A DNA stretch of 64,000 nucleotides from Nocardioidaceae bacterium (GTDB lineage Bacteria; Actinomycetota; Actinomycetes; Propionibacteriales; Nocardioidaceae): the NCBI GenBank assembly GCA_039811985.1, contig JBDHZT010000005.1, positions 3-64,002 on the forward strand, in the 5' to 3' direction. A program made the translations under genes and the position numbers. Of the stretch, positions 40,054 to 49,880 are shown piece by piece (within the stretch, counting starts at the first letter, position 1; every line of letters starts with the position of its first letter). The notes under the pieces are model-generated. The model worked only from the letters and a program-made list of their open reading frames with translations. It ran no database searches and was not told where the DNA came from.

Positions 40054-40542
40054 CTACCCGAGACCCGAGTGTTCCCGGCGCAGGACGTCGGCAAGCGCCG
40101 CCAGCGCCGCCTCGCAGGTGGCCGCCTGGACGGCCGGCCGATCGCCGTCCAGCCGCAGCGGCAACGTTCTGACACCCTCGGACGAGGCGACGCCCACGAA
40201 CACGGTGCCCGCCGGATGTCCCTCCTGCAGGTCCGGCCCTGCGACCCCGGTTGTGCTGAGGGCGTACGACGCTCCGACCACGCGGCGCGCGCCGTCGGCC
40301 ATCGCCTCGGCGCACGCCGGGGAGATCACCCCGTCCTTCTCGACGACCGTCGTGGGCACGCCGAGCAGGTCGACCTTGACCGCGGTGGCATAGGACACCA
40401 CGCCACCGAGATAGACCCGCGAGGCGCCTGGCACCGAGGTGATCCGGGCCGCCAGCTGCCCGCCGGTCAACGACTCCGCGGTCGCCAGCGTCCCGCCGCA
40501 CGCCACCATCAGCTCGAGCAGCTCGGCCGCTCGGGCGTCCAC
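40054..40542 (-). CDS. cinA: CinA C-terminal / PncC NMN deamidase
   Basis: ATAESLTGG, GAS..Y.GGVVSYA..VK, STTGVAGP. Confidence 0.9.
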   Translation of the reverse strand: MDARAAELLELMVACGGTLATAESLTGGQLAARITSVPGASRVYLGGVVSYATAVKVDLLGVPTTVVEKDGVISPACAEAMADGARRVVGASYALSTTGVAGPDLQEGHPAGTVFVGVASSEGVRTLPLRLDGDRPAVQAATCEAALAALADVLRREHSGLG

Positions 40543-40550
40543 TCCGGCCC

Positions 40551-43151
40551 CTACTTCTTCACGACCTTGAGGGTGATCTTCTTGCTGACCGACTTGTTGT
40601 GGTCGTCGCCGAGATACTTCACCGTCACTGCCTTCTTGCCGACGGTGGTGAACTTCGGCAGCGTCACCGTGGCCTTGCCGCCCTTGAGGTCGGCGAGATA
40701 AGTCTGCGTGCCGACGGTGACCGCGATGGTGCCGGTCGGTGTCTGCCCGGTCGCCGCCAACGTGGCGGTCACCTTCGCCTTGGTCTTCTTCACCACGACC
40801 TTGGCCGGTTTGCTGCTCACGGTGAGTGAGGGCGTCGCCTTGGCGACCGTCAGGCCAACCGCGGTCGAGGAGGCGGCGAGGTCGGCATTGCCGGCGTAGG
40901 TGACGATCAGCGAATGCGCACCGGGCTCGAGCGCCTTGCCGCCGATGGTCACCGTGGCCTGGCCTCCCGTGAGAGTGGCGGAGCCGAGCAGCGTGCCGCC
41001 GTCGCGCACCTGCACCTCACCGGTGGCGCTGGCCGGATCGACCGAGACCTGGACCGAGCCCGCGGAGCCATAGGTCATCGACGCTGCTGTCGCGGTCACC
41101 GTCGAGGCGTCCCGCCCCTTGCCGACCGTGGTCATCGACGGCACCGCCACCACGGCGAGCGTCGAGCCGGCCGGAACCCGGTTGGGCACGGTCAGACTCA
41201 CACTCGCCCCGCCGTTGGTCACCGGGAAGGTGCCGAGTGAGATCTGACCACCAGTGCTGGTCCGGGCATAGACGCGTACCGAGGTGTTCTCCGGACTACC
41301 GAGCGAGGTGAGGTTGAGCTTGTCGAGGGTGAACGAGACCTGGTCACCGGGCGACACACTGCGCGGCATCCCCGACTCGGCCACCTGCTGGCGGGCGAAG
41401 TCCGGGCCGATCGCGGGGTTGTCCTGCAGGTAGGCGATCCACAGGTCCCGATCGATCAGACCGGTGTCGCGATGGGTGCCGTCGGTGAACGCGCGGAAGT
41501 TGTCGCCGCCGGTGCCGAGGAAGGAGAACGTCGAGACTGTGTAGGTCTTCGACGCGGACACCGGCGCGCCATCGATGGTGATCGAGGTGATCCGGTCGCC
41601 CTCGGGGCGGGTCGGGTCATAGGTCACGTTGAGGTTGTCGGAGAGCCCGAGCGCGAGGAAGGACCTGGTGGGAACGTTGCCGTTCTCGTCGCGCTGCCAC
41701 TGCTGCTCCAGCACCTGCTTGAGCTGGGCGCCGGTGAGGTCGACCAGCCAGATGTTGTTGAGGAAGGGCAGCACGGAGTTGGCCTCGGCATAGGTCACCA
41801 CGCCATCGGTGTTGGCGGGATTCTCGCTGGTGTCGCCGGCGTAGTAGAGCTCGTTGCGCAGCCCGCCCGGATTGACGATGCCGATATCGGCGGTGCCGAT
41901 CGCGCTGGACAGGCCGTCGCGCAGCGCGTTGGCGACCAGATCGCCGAGCGCGGACTCGTTGGCCCGGTCGTCACGGGCGCCACCTGCGTAGACACCGTCC
42001 ACGAACCCACCACCCGAGAAGGCCGTGGTGACGTCCGCCGTGACCGATCCGATCGGCAGGTTGCCGATCCCGGCAGCGTGGTCGAGCGCGGCGGTGACCG
42101 TGTCGTCGATCGGCCCGAGGACATCGGGGTACTGCGCCACGAGTGGCGGGTTGTCCTCGACCGGTCCACTCGGCACCGGGTTGTTGGCCACGGTGTAGGA
42201 AGCGACCTTGTCCGAGATGGTGTTGTAGGTCAACACGACCTGGCCGATGTTGGAGCCGTAGGACCCCGTCTGCAGGAACGGCCGCGTGGCCAGGTCACCG
42301 CCGGGGTTCGGTGCGTCCCACGCGTAGACCTGGTGGGTGTGGCCGTTGAAGACGACGTCGACAGCCGGGTTGAGGTTGGCCATCTCGGCGAACTCGCCGC
42401 CCTTGGCGATCTCGTCGTCGTACGTCGATCCGGCGCCGACCTCTGCGCCCTGGTGGAAGGCAGCGACGATGACGTCGGCCTCACCGTTGCCAGGGTTGCC
42501 GTCGCTGAGCTCGCCCGCCACTCGGTTGACCGCGTCGATCGGGTCTCCGAAGTCCAGGTCGGCGACACCCGCCGGGCTCACCAGGGTCGGTGTCTCGGCA
42601 GTGACTGCGCCGATCACCGCGACGGTGACGCCATCTTCGTCGTAGGTGGCGTATTCCGGTAGCACCGGATCCTCGGTGCCCTTGGCGTAGACGTTCGCGC
42701 CGAGGTAGTCCCAGGTGGCGTTGGCGCCGCCGTCGATCACTCGGTTCTCGAGGTCATTCCACCCCTGGTCGAACTCGTGGTTGCCCACTGCCGAGGCGTC
42801 CAGACCGATCTCGTTCATCACGTCGATGGTCGGCTGATCCTGCTGGATCGCCGAGGCGAACTCCGAGGCGCCGATCAGGTCGCCGGCTCCGACCAGCAGG
42901 CCGGCGTCCGCTGGTGTGTTGGCCCGCAGGTCCTCGATCTTCCAGGCCCACTTCACGGTGTTGTTGTTGATGCGACCGTGGAAGTCGTTGGTCAGCAGGA
43001 GGTTCAAGGTGACATCGCCATCGGCCGCCTGTGCGGACGTGGCGGGGATGAGCACCGCGAGGGGGGCGAGAGCGAGCGCTGCGGCGGCAGCCAGGGCGGC
43101 GCCGCGCCGACGCGAGCGGGGGCCACGTCGTGACGGGGATGTGGGGAACAC
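40551..43151 (-). CDS. Secreted 5'-nucleotidase/UshA-like metallophosphoesterase with C-terminal Ig-like domains
   Basis: Signal peptide; NDFHG, GD, GNHEFD, GHTH; NPGGLR C-domain; Big-3-like C-terminus. Confidence 0.92.
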   Translation of the reverse strand: MFPTSPSRRGPRSRRRGAALAAAAALALAPLAVLIPATSAQAADGDVTLNLLLTNDFHGRINNNTVKWAWKIEDLRANTPADAGLLVGAGDLIGASEFASAIQQDQPTIDVMNEIGLDASAVGNHEFDQGWNDLENRVIDGGANATWDYLGANVYAKGTEDPVLPEYATYDEDGVTVAVIGAVTAETPTLVSPAGVADLDFGDPIDAVNRVAGELSDGNPGNGEADVIVAAFHQGAEVGAGSTYDDEIAKGGEFAEMANLNPAVDVVFNGHTHQVYAWDAPNPGGDLATRPFLQTGSYGSNIGQVVLTYNTISDKVASYTVANNPVPSGPVEDNPPLVAQYPDVLGPIDDTVTAALDHAAGIGNLPIGSVTADVTTAFSGGGFVDGVYAGGARDDRANESALGDLVANALRDGLSSAIGTADIGIVNPGGLRNELYYAGDTSENPANTDGVVTYAEANSVLPFLNNIWLVDLTGAQLKQVLEQQWQRDENGNVPTRSFLALGLSDNLNVTYDPTRPEGDRITSITIDGAPVSASKTYTVSTFSFLGTGGDNFRAFTDGTHRDTGLIDRDLWIAYLQDNPAIGPDFARQQVAESGMPRSVSPGDQVSFTLDKLNLTSLGSPENTSVRVYARTSTGGQISLGTFPVTNGGASVSLTVPNRVPAGSTLAVVAVPSMTTVGKGRDASTVTATAASMTYGSAGSVQVSVDPASATGEVQVRDGGTLLGSATLTGGQATVTIGGKALEPGAHSLIVTYAGNADLAASSTAVGLTVAKATPSLTVSSKPAKVVVKKTKAKVTATLAATGQTPTGTIAVTVGTQTYLADLKGGKATVTLPKFTTVGKKAVTVKYLGDDHNKSVSKKITLKVVKK

Positions 43152-43284
43152 GAGCTACCTTCCGAGCGGCGAACCGTTGCACGAGCCAAATCACCATATC
43201 GCTGGGAGCGTTGATTTGTTTACCTTCGCCCCATCGAACCGTTCTGCCAGCCAACCGTGACGCCAGCTCGGGATTCAGGCTGGA

Positions 43285-43902
43285 TCAAGCGCTCCGCATC
43301 GAGCCGCGCTGACGCCAGACGTCGCGGAAGAACTCGTAGCCCGACCAGAGCGTCATCGCCACGGCGCCGGCGAGTGCCACCTGGGCGAGGTAGAACACCA
43401 CGGTCCCTGGCGTCCCGAATGCATCGAAGGCTCCACCGTGTGCGTCTCCGTGCGGCAGGGGTAGGCACAACCCGGCCAGGGCGATTGCTTGGAGGGTGGT
43501 CTTGATCTTGCCGCTCATCGCGGCCGGGATGACCACGTGCTTGAGCACCGACAGCCGGAGCAGGGTGACGCTCCACTCCCGGACGAGCACCACGATGGTG
43601 ACCCACCACCAGATCTCGCCGATGATCGAGAGCCCGATGAAGGCCATCCCGGTGATCGCCTTGTCGGCGATCGGGTCGGCGATCTTGCCGAAGTTGGTTA
43701 CCAGGTTGCGGGCCCGCGCGATGTCGCCGTCGATCTTGTCGGTGATCATCGCGGCCACGAAGATCGCGAAGGCCACCAGCCGCCAGGTGATCGAGTCGCC
43801 TCCGTCGGCCAGCAGCGCCCACCCGAAGAACGGCACCATCACGATGCGCAGCGTGGTCAGCGCGTTGGGCAGGTTGAGGTTGCTCACCTGGGGTTCGCTC
43901 AC
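43285..43902 (-). CDS. pgsA: CDP-diacylglycerol--glycerol-3-phosphate 3-phosphatidyltransferase
   Basis: NLPNALT.LR, D..DG..AR...VT.FG...DP.ADK. Confidence 0.95.
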   Translation of the reverse strand: MSEPQVSNLNLPNALTTLRIVMVPFFGWALLADGGDSITWRLVAFAIFVAAMITDKIDGDIARARNLVTNFGKIADPIADKAITGMAFIGLSIIGEIWWWVTIVVLVREWSVTLLRLSVLKHVVIPAAMSGKIKTTLQAIALAGLCLPLPHGDAHGGAFDAFGTPGTVVFYLAQVALAGAVAMTLWSGYEFFRDVWRQRGSMRSA

Positions 43903-45338
43903 TGGTCGACTCCGATCGGTCGTGCCTCCAGGTCGGCCCCGTCGGCGGCGACCACGACTGCCTCGACCAGGTCACCTACCTGGTGTCCGTTCACCGGGAG
44001 GCTGGTGCACCCGTCGACCTCGGGACCCTGGTGGTCACCGCGGCCCTCGGCCGAGGCTCCGTCGACGGCCTCGACCAGCACCCGGACCGGCTCGCCGACC
44101 CGGTCCTGGGCTCGCTCGGTGGTGACGGAGTCGACCAGGTCGGCCACCCGCTCCACTCGCGCGCGGATCTCCTCGGCGTCGAGCTTGTCGTCGTACGTCG
44201 CTGCTTCGGTGCCGTCCTCGTCGGAGTAGCCGAACACCCCCGTCACGTCGAGCCGGGCATCGGCCAGGAAGTCGCACAACAAGTCGAGCTCCTGCTCGGT
44301 CTCGCCGGGGAAGCCGACGATCACGTTGGACCGGATGCCCGCGGTCGGCGCCAGCTGCCGGATCTGGTCGAGGAGCCCCAAGAAGGTGTCGGGGTCGCCG
44401 AACCGCCGCATCCGGCGCAGCACGGCCGGGCTGGCGTGCTGGAAGGAGAGGTCGAAGTAGGCCGTGACGCCTGGGGTGCCGGCAATGGTCTCCAGCAGTC
44501 CGGGGCGCAGCTCGGCCGGCTGCAGGTAGGACACCCGGACCCGCTCGATCCCGTCCACGTCGGCCAGCTCCGGCAGCAGGGCCTCCAGGAGGCGCAGGTC
44601 GCCGAGGTCCTTGCCGTAGGACGTGGTGTTCTCCGAGACCAGGAACAGCTCCTTGACACCCGTCTCGGCCAGCCAGCGCGCCTCGGTCAGCACCTCGGCG
44701 GGTCGCCGGCTCACGAACGAGCCCCGGAAACTCGGGATCGCGCAGAACGTGCAGCGCCGGTCGCAGCCGCTGGCCAGCTTCAGCGCGGCCGTGGGTCCGG
44801 GGTCGAGTCGGCGGCGTAACCTCGCAGCGGCGGCATGGCCGGGCACCGGCAGCTCGGTGGCGGCGCGGTCGATCGGAGTGATCGGCAGCAGGCGCCGCCG
44901 GTCCTGCGGCTGGTGCGCCGTGGGCACATCCCCGGCCACGATGCCTCGCAGGCGGGCCGCGATGTCGGGGTAGTCGTCGAACCCCAGCACCGCGTCGGCC
45001 TCGGGGAGCGCGGCGGCCAGCTCGGCGCCGTACCTCTCCGCGAGGCAGCCCACCGCGACGACACTGCGCGGGCGACCCGACTCCTTGAGATCGGCCGCGG
45101 CCAGCAGGGTGTCGACAGAGTCCTTCTTGGCGGCCTCGACGAAGCCGCAGGTGTTGACCAGCACGGTGTCGGCATCGACCGGATCCGCGACCAACCGGAA
45201 CCCATCGGCCGCCAGCCGACCCGCCAGCTCCTCGGAGTCGACCTCGTTGCGGGCACAGCCGAGCGTCACCAGCGCGACCGCGAGCGACTCGCTCGCAGCC
45301 TCACTCGCCTGAGCTCCAGGCTGGGGGGTGGCCGACAC
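43899..45338 (-). CDS. rimO: Ribosomal protein S12 methylthiotransferase
   Basis: LGC.RN.VDSE, NTCGF...[16 protein letters not shown] radical-SAM motif, TRAM domain with PEVDG. Confidence 0.95.
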   Translation of the reverse strand: MSATPQPGAQASEAASESLAVALVTLGCARNEVDSEELAGRLAADGFRLVADPVDADTVLVNTCGFVEAAKKDSVDTLLAAADLKESGRPRSVVAVGCLAERYGAELAAALPEADAVLGFDDYPDIAARLRGIVAGDVPTAHQPQDRRRLLPITPIDRAATELPVPGHAAAARLRRRLDPGPTAALKLASGCDRRCTFCAIPSFRGSFVSRRPAEVLTEARWLAETGVKELFLVSENTTSYGKDLGDLRLLEALLPELADVDGIERVRVSYLQPAELRPGLLETIAGTPGVTAYFDLSFQHASPAVLRRMRRFGDPDTFLGLLDQIRQLAPTAGIRSNVIVGFPGETEQELDLLCDFLADARLDVTGVFGYSDEDGTEAATYDDKLDAEEIRARVERVADLVDSVTTERAQDRVGEPVRVLVEAVDGASAEGRGDHQGPEVDGCTSLPVNGHQVGDLVEAVVVAADGADLEARPIGVDQ

Positions 45339-45403
45339 GATGATCGAGTATCCCAGCCGCCGCTCACCCCCCGCGAATCCACCCCGCGCGGGACATCTCC
45401 AAC

Positions 45404-47074
45404 TCAGTCGCCGACGTAGGTGCGAGTGGCGGGTTGGCCGGTGTGGCCGAGAGCGCCCTGCTCTTGACCGTCGACGACGACCTTGACGCTGCCGTCGGAG
45501 GACTCGACCCGGACCGGAGGCGCGACCTCGAGGGAGCGGGAGGCGCCGTAGGCGAGGTCGCCGGTGAAGATGATGCGGCCGTTGCCGTCGCGGACCACGA
45601 CGTGGGCGCCGCCGCCAGCAGCGCGTACGACGACGGGTACGGCGTCGGCGGTGGTCGAGGTGGTGGCGCGGCCTACGCCGCCGGAGCCGTCCAGCCGCGG
45701 GGCTACCGGCACGTCGACTGGGCCGTCCATGACCAGGCGCGCGAGTGACCAGGCGAGCACGACGGCCATCAGGGCGGCCACCAGCACCGACCAGTTCGGG
45801 CCGCCGCGGGTGTTGCGCAACGACGCCGTGGCGCCGGTGGCCAGCTCGGCCTCGAACACTTGGCGAGGGGTCACCGGTGCGTGGGCGTAGCGCTGGTCGT
45901 ACTGCTCGATCAGCGGAGCCGCCTCCAGTCCGAGCACACGCGCGAGGGTGCGCAGGTGGCCGCGGGCGTAGAAGTCGCCGCCGCACGGCCCGAAGTCGTC
46001 GATCTCGATGCCGGCGATCACGTGCTGGCGGATGCGGGTCCGCTCGGCCAGCGCCTCGACGGTCAGGTCGAGGCGTCGCCGGGCGGCCGCGAGCTGAGGG
46101 CCGATGACCGGCTCCGGGGGCTCCTCGGCAACCGGCTCGTTCTCGACCTCCAGGCCGGGGAACTCCGGACGGCGCAGCTCCTCCATCTCCGGCAGCGCCA
46201 CCGTCACCTGGTCAGGTGAGCTGGCGAGCGCGAGCGACCCCAGCACCAGGTCCGAGCGCAGACCAGGCGTGAGCTGGCGGTCAGGCGTCGGTGCCGGCTC
46301 GGTGAGGCTCGCTGCCGGCGCGACCGGCAGACCCGGACCAGGCAGACCCGGACCAGGCAGATCTTGACCAGGAGGGCCCTGCTCAGGAGACGGCTCTTCG
46401 GCGGTGGCCGAGGCAGGCTCGCCACCGCGACCGGCGATCCGCAGCCGCTCGGCGATCGCACCGATCCCGGCCGCCATCGCCGGACGGGGGTCGCGCCAGC
46501 GGGAGACACCGGGCGCATCGGCCTTGTCGGGCTCAACCGACAGATCGGGCTCGACCGACAGATCGGGCTCGATCGGCTCGACCAGGGCAGCGCCGGGGAC
46601 GATCTCGGCCAGGACGGCATCGAGGCCGTCAGCAGCCCCGTTCACCCGGGTCGACAGTCCGAGCGGGACGGCGTACGCCTCGGCATCAGCTGCCGCAGGC
46701 TCGACGACCAGCCGACCGTCGCGGACCAGGCCGGACCGGGGCTGGTGCTCGACCGCCTCGACCTCGTCCCAGGGCAGGCCCCGCCAGGTGTGGCCGCGCC
46801 GCACCCGGACGCCCCGGGCATCGGCGACCAGCAGCGGGGAGCGGGCGTCCACGACGACAGCCAGGTAGCCGAGCGCGACCAGGCCGAGCACCACGCCCAG
46901 GATCCAGTCGAGCGCCGAGCCGGACCCGGAGGCCCGGTGCAAGTAGGCAGCGGCAACCAGGGCCGAGGCGGCTCCGACACCGGCGAGCAGCCAGACGTTG
47001 CGGCGGATCTCCAGTCGAGGCTCCGAGTGACCCTCGGCCGCGGGCGTCTCCGGGTGGTCGATCTCGGTCATCAC
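45404..47074 (-). CDS. RodZ-like protein (HTH-TM-DUF4115) with an extra N-terminal 2-TM + PH-like domain
   Basis: IG..L..AR....L....LA.RTRIR...[15 protein letters not shown]; position between ftsK and rimO. Confidence 0.8.
   Translation of the reverse strand: MMTEIDHPETPAAEGHSEPRLEIRRNVWLLAGVGAASALVAAAYLHRASGSGSALDWILGVVLGLVALGYLAVVVDARSPLLVADARGVRVRRGHTWRGLPWDEVEAVEHQPRSGLVRDGRLVVEPAAADAEAYAVPLGLSTRVNGAADGLDAVLAEIVPGAALVEPIEPDLSVEPDLSVEPDKADAPGVSRWRDPRPAMAAGIGAIAERLRIAGRGGEPASATAEEPSPEQGPPGQDLPGPGLPGPGLPVAPAASLTEPAPTPDRQLTPGLRSDLVLGSLALASSPDQVTVALPEMEELRRPEFPGLEVENEPVAEEPPEPVIGPQLAAARRRLDLTVEALAERTRIRQHVIAGIEIDDFGPCGGDFYARGHLRTLARVLGLEAAPLIEQYDQRYAHAPVTPRQVFEAELATGATASLRNTRGGPNWSVLVAALMAVVLAWSLARLVMDGPVDVPVAPRLDGSGGVGRATTSTTADAVPVVVRAAGGGAHVVVRDGNGRIIFTGDLAYGASRSLEVAPPVRVESSDGSVKVVVDGQEQGALGHTGQPATRTYVGD
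46326..46370 (-). repeat. In-frame 15-bp repeat x3 (PGLPG-like)
   Basis: GGCAGACCCGGACCA x2 plus GGCAGATCTTGACCA. Confidence 0.85.
46528..46573 (-). repeat. In-frame 18-bp repeat x2.5 (EPDLSV)
   Basis: CGGGCTC(A/G)ACCGACAGAT x2 plus a partial unit. Confidence 0.85.
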
Positions 47075-49614
47075 TGCTCCCCCTGCAAGGTGATGAGCAC
47101 GGCATCCAGCTCGTCGGGCTTGATCAACACGTCGCGGGCCTTGGAGCCCTCGCTGGGCCCGACCACCCCGCGGCTCTCCAAGATGTCCATCAGCCGGCCG
47201 GCCTTGGCGAAGCCGACCCGCAGCTTGCGCTGCAGCATCGAGGTCGAGCCGAACTGGGTCGACACGACCAGCTCGACGGCCTGCACGACCAGATCGAGGT
47301 CGTCACCGATGTCGTCGTCGAGCTCACGCTTGCTCGACGCCGCCGCGGTGACGTCCTCGCGGTAGCTCGGCGACAGCTGCTCCTTGACGTGCCGCACCAC
47401 CTGGTGGATCTCGGTCTCGGTGACCCAGGAGCCCTGGACCCGGACCGGCTTGGAGGCGCCCATCGGCAAGAACAAGCCGTCACCCTGACCGACCAGCTTC
47501 TCCGCACCCGGCTGGTCGAGGATGACCCGGCTGTCGGCTAGCGAGGAGGTCGCGAAGGCGAGCCGCGACGGCACGTTGGCCTTGATCAGGCCGGTGACGA
47601 CGTCGACCGACGGCCGCTGGGTCGCGAGCACCAGGTGGATCCCCGCCGCACGAGCCAGCTGGGTGATCCGGACGACGGCGTCCTCGACGTCACGGGGCGC
47701 AACCATCATCAGGTCGGCCAGCTCGTCCACGACGACCAGCAGGTAGGGGTAGGGCTCGAGCTTGCGCTCGCTACCGACCGGCACCTGCACCTTCCCGGCG
47801 CGCACCGCCCGGTTGAAGTCGTCGATGTGCCGGAAGCCGAAGTTGGCCAGGTCGTCATAGCGCATGTCCATCTCGCGCACGACCCACTGCAGCGCCTCAG
47901 CGGCCTTCTTGGGGTTGGTGATGATCGGCGTGATCAGGTGCGGGATGCCTTCGTACGCCGTCAGCTCGACCCGCTTGGGGTCGACCATGATCAGCCGCAC
48001 CTCATCCGGCGTGGCACGCATCAGGATCGAGACGACCATCGAGTTGATGAAGCTCGACTTGCCGGAACCGGTGGCGCCGGCGACGAGCAGGTGCGGCATC
48101 TTGGCGAGGTTCGCCACCACGAAGCCGCCCTCGACGTCCTTGCCGAGCCCGGCCAGCATGGGATGCGGATCGGAGCGTGCGGTCGAGGAGCGCAGCACGT
48201 CTCCCAGCGAGACGATCTCCTTGTCCACGTTGGGGATCTCGATGCCGATCGCCGACTTGCCGGGGATCGGGCTGAGGATGCGCACGTCTGCGGACGCGAC
48301 GGCATAGGCGATGTTCTTCGACAGCGCGGTGACCTTCTCCACCTTCACCGCCGGGCCGAGCTCGACCTCGTAGCGGGTCACCGTCGGGCCGCGGGTGTAG
48401 CCAGTCACCTGCGCGTCGATGCCGAACTCCTCCAGCACCTGGGTGAGCCGCTCGACCACGCCGTCGGAGGCTCGTGAACGTGGCTTGTGCGGGGACCCCA
48501 TCTTGAGCACGTCGCTGGCCGGCAAAGTGTAGGTGATGTCGCCGGACAGGGCCAGCTGCTCGACGCGCTGCGGCAACGGCGTGTGCGGCGGCGCCTGGAG
48601 CTCCACCGGCTCGGGCGTCTCGGCGGGCGCCTCCGCCTCCGGCGGGGCCGCGCCCTTGCGCCGCTTGTTCACCTCGCGGTCCTCCAGGACCGGGGTGTCA
48701 TAGGCCGGGCTGCCCAGCTCGGGGTCGACCTCGTCGCCCGCGCCGCGACGTCGCCTGCGAGTGCGGATCGGGGCGGTCTGCTCAGCATCGGTCTCGTCGG
48801 CGGACGGCTCGCTGGTCCGGCCGAGCAGCCGGTCGCGCGCGGCGCCGAGTCGCTCCGGCACCCGGTGGACCGGCGTCGCGGTGATCACCAGCAGTCCGAA
48901 GATCGCGAGCAGGAGGAGCAGCGGCACCACGATGTACGACGTGCGCAGCAGGTCCATCAGCAGGCTGGAGACGACGTAGCCCACCGCTCCCCCGGCCTGC
49001 TGCAGGTCACTGCTGTCACCGGCCTGCGGCGTCGGCGAGCCGTTCGCGATGTGCACGATGCCGAGGACGCCGAAGGCGAGCGCCGTCCAGCCGACGATCT
49101 GTCTGCCGGCCGGGCCGTTGCTCTCGGGGCGGCGCAGGGTGCGCCAGCCGACCAGGATCAGCAGCAGCGGGACCAGCCAGCCGACCTTGCCGACGGAGCC
49201 GGCCACGATCGTGCGGACGAGCTCCATCACCGATCCGGGCAGCTGCCACCACACGGCACCGGCGCTGACGACCGCCAGCCCGAGGAACAGCAGGCCGACA
49301 CCGTCGCGGCGGTGCTCGGGCTCGAGATCGCGCGCGGCGCCGCCGATGTGGCGGGCCACACCACCCACGCCATGCGCGATCGCCAGCCAGACACCGACCA
49401 CGGCGCGGCCGACGGCGCCGAAGAACCGCGAGACGGGGCCAGGGCCGGAGCGCACTGCGCGCGGTGCGGTGCGCGCAGTCAGCCCACGAGACTTCTTCTT
49501 GCTCGTGGACCGCCTGCTGCGGCTGGTACTCCGGGATCGGGTGCTCGAGCCTCGGCCTTTGGAGGACGTGCTCTTGCTCCGCGACCCCGGCGGGGAAGAC
49601 GTACGGGTCGCCAT
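47071..49614 (-). CDS. ftsK: DNA translocase FtsK
   Basis: PHLLVAGATGSGKS, VDELADLM, ATQRPSVDV, gamma domain LQRKLRVGF. Confidence 0.98.
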   Translation of the reverse strand: MATRTSSPPGSRSKSTSSKGRGSSTRSRSTSRSRRSTSKKKSRGLTARTAPRAVRSGPGPVSRFFGAVGRAVVGVWLAIAHGVGGVARHIGGAARDLEPEHRRDGVGLLFLGLAVVSAGAVWWQLPGSVMELVRTIVAGSVGKVGWLVPLLLILVGWRTLRRPESNGPAGRQIVGWTALAFGVLGIVHIANGSPTPQAGDSSDLQQAGGAVGYVVSSLLMDLLRTSYIVVPLLLLLAIFGLLVITATPVHRVPERLGAARDRLLGRTSEPSADETDAEQTAPIRTRRRRRGAGDEVDPELGSPAYDTPVLEDREVNKRRKGAAPPEAEAPAETPEPVELQAPPHTPLPQRVEQLALSGDITYTLPASDVLKMGSPHKPRSRASDGVVERLTQVLEEFGIDAQVTGYTRGPTVTRYEVELGPAVKVEKVTALSKNIAYAVASADVRILSPIPGKSAIGIEIPNVDKEIVSLGDVLRSSTARSDPHPMLAGLGKDVEGGFVVANLAKMPHLLVAGATGSGKSSFINSMVVSILMRATPDEVRLIMVDPKRVELTAYEGIPHLITPIITNPKKAAEALQWVVREMDMRYDDLANFGFRHIDDFNRAVRAGKVQVPVGSERKLEPYPYLLVVVDELADLMMVAPRDVEDAVVRITQLARAAGIHLVLATQRPSVDVVTGLIKANVPSRLAFATSSLADSRVILDQPGAEKLVGQGDGLFLPMGASKPVRVQGSWVTETEIHQVVRHVKEQLSPSYREDVTAAASSKRELDDDIGDDLDLVVQAVELVVSTQFGSTSMLQRKLRVGFAKAGRLMDILESRGVVGPSEGSKARDVLIKPDELDAVLITLQGEQ

Positions 49615-49880
49615 GCTGCGACCTTAGGCGATCGTCACACCAGCATCACGCTTCACAGCGCGTGTCGTGCCCGACCGGCCGGACGCGGTGACCCTCCTGG
49701 GAATCGTTCGGATCCAAACGGTCGAATAACGAAACGCCAGTATTGCGGAATTCGAGTAAGGCCAACCTGTGTTAGTGATGCCACATTCAAATGTCGTCTC
49801 CCCGATTGCTTTTTAGTGCGGCAGCGGGTCGATACTCGAAGGCAGGAGCCTCATCCTCCGCACCAGAAGGGGCCACGCCC

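Noticed and set aside
43152-43290. c-di-AMP (ydaO) riboswitch upstream of the 5'-nucleotidase
   Set aside because: Only short matches (CTGAATCC, TGGGG); the remaining conserved stems and the 3' CCGUCAGCUA element are absent.
49765-49790. Rex or CRP site upstream of cydA (TGTG-N10-CACA)
   Set aside because: Spacing is N10 rather than N8, and the flanks do not match TTGTGAA-N4-TTCACAA.
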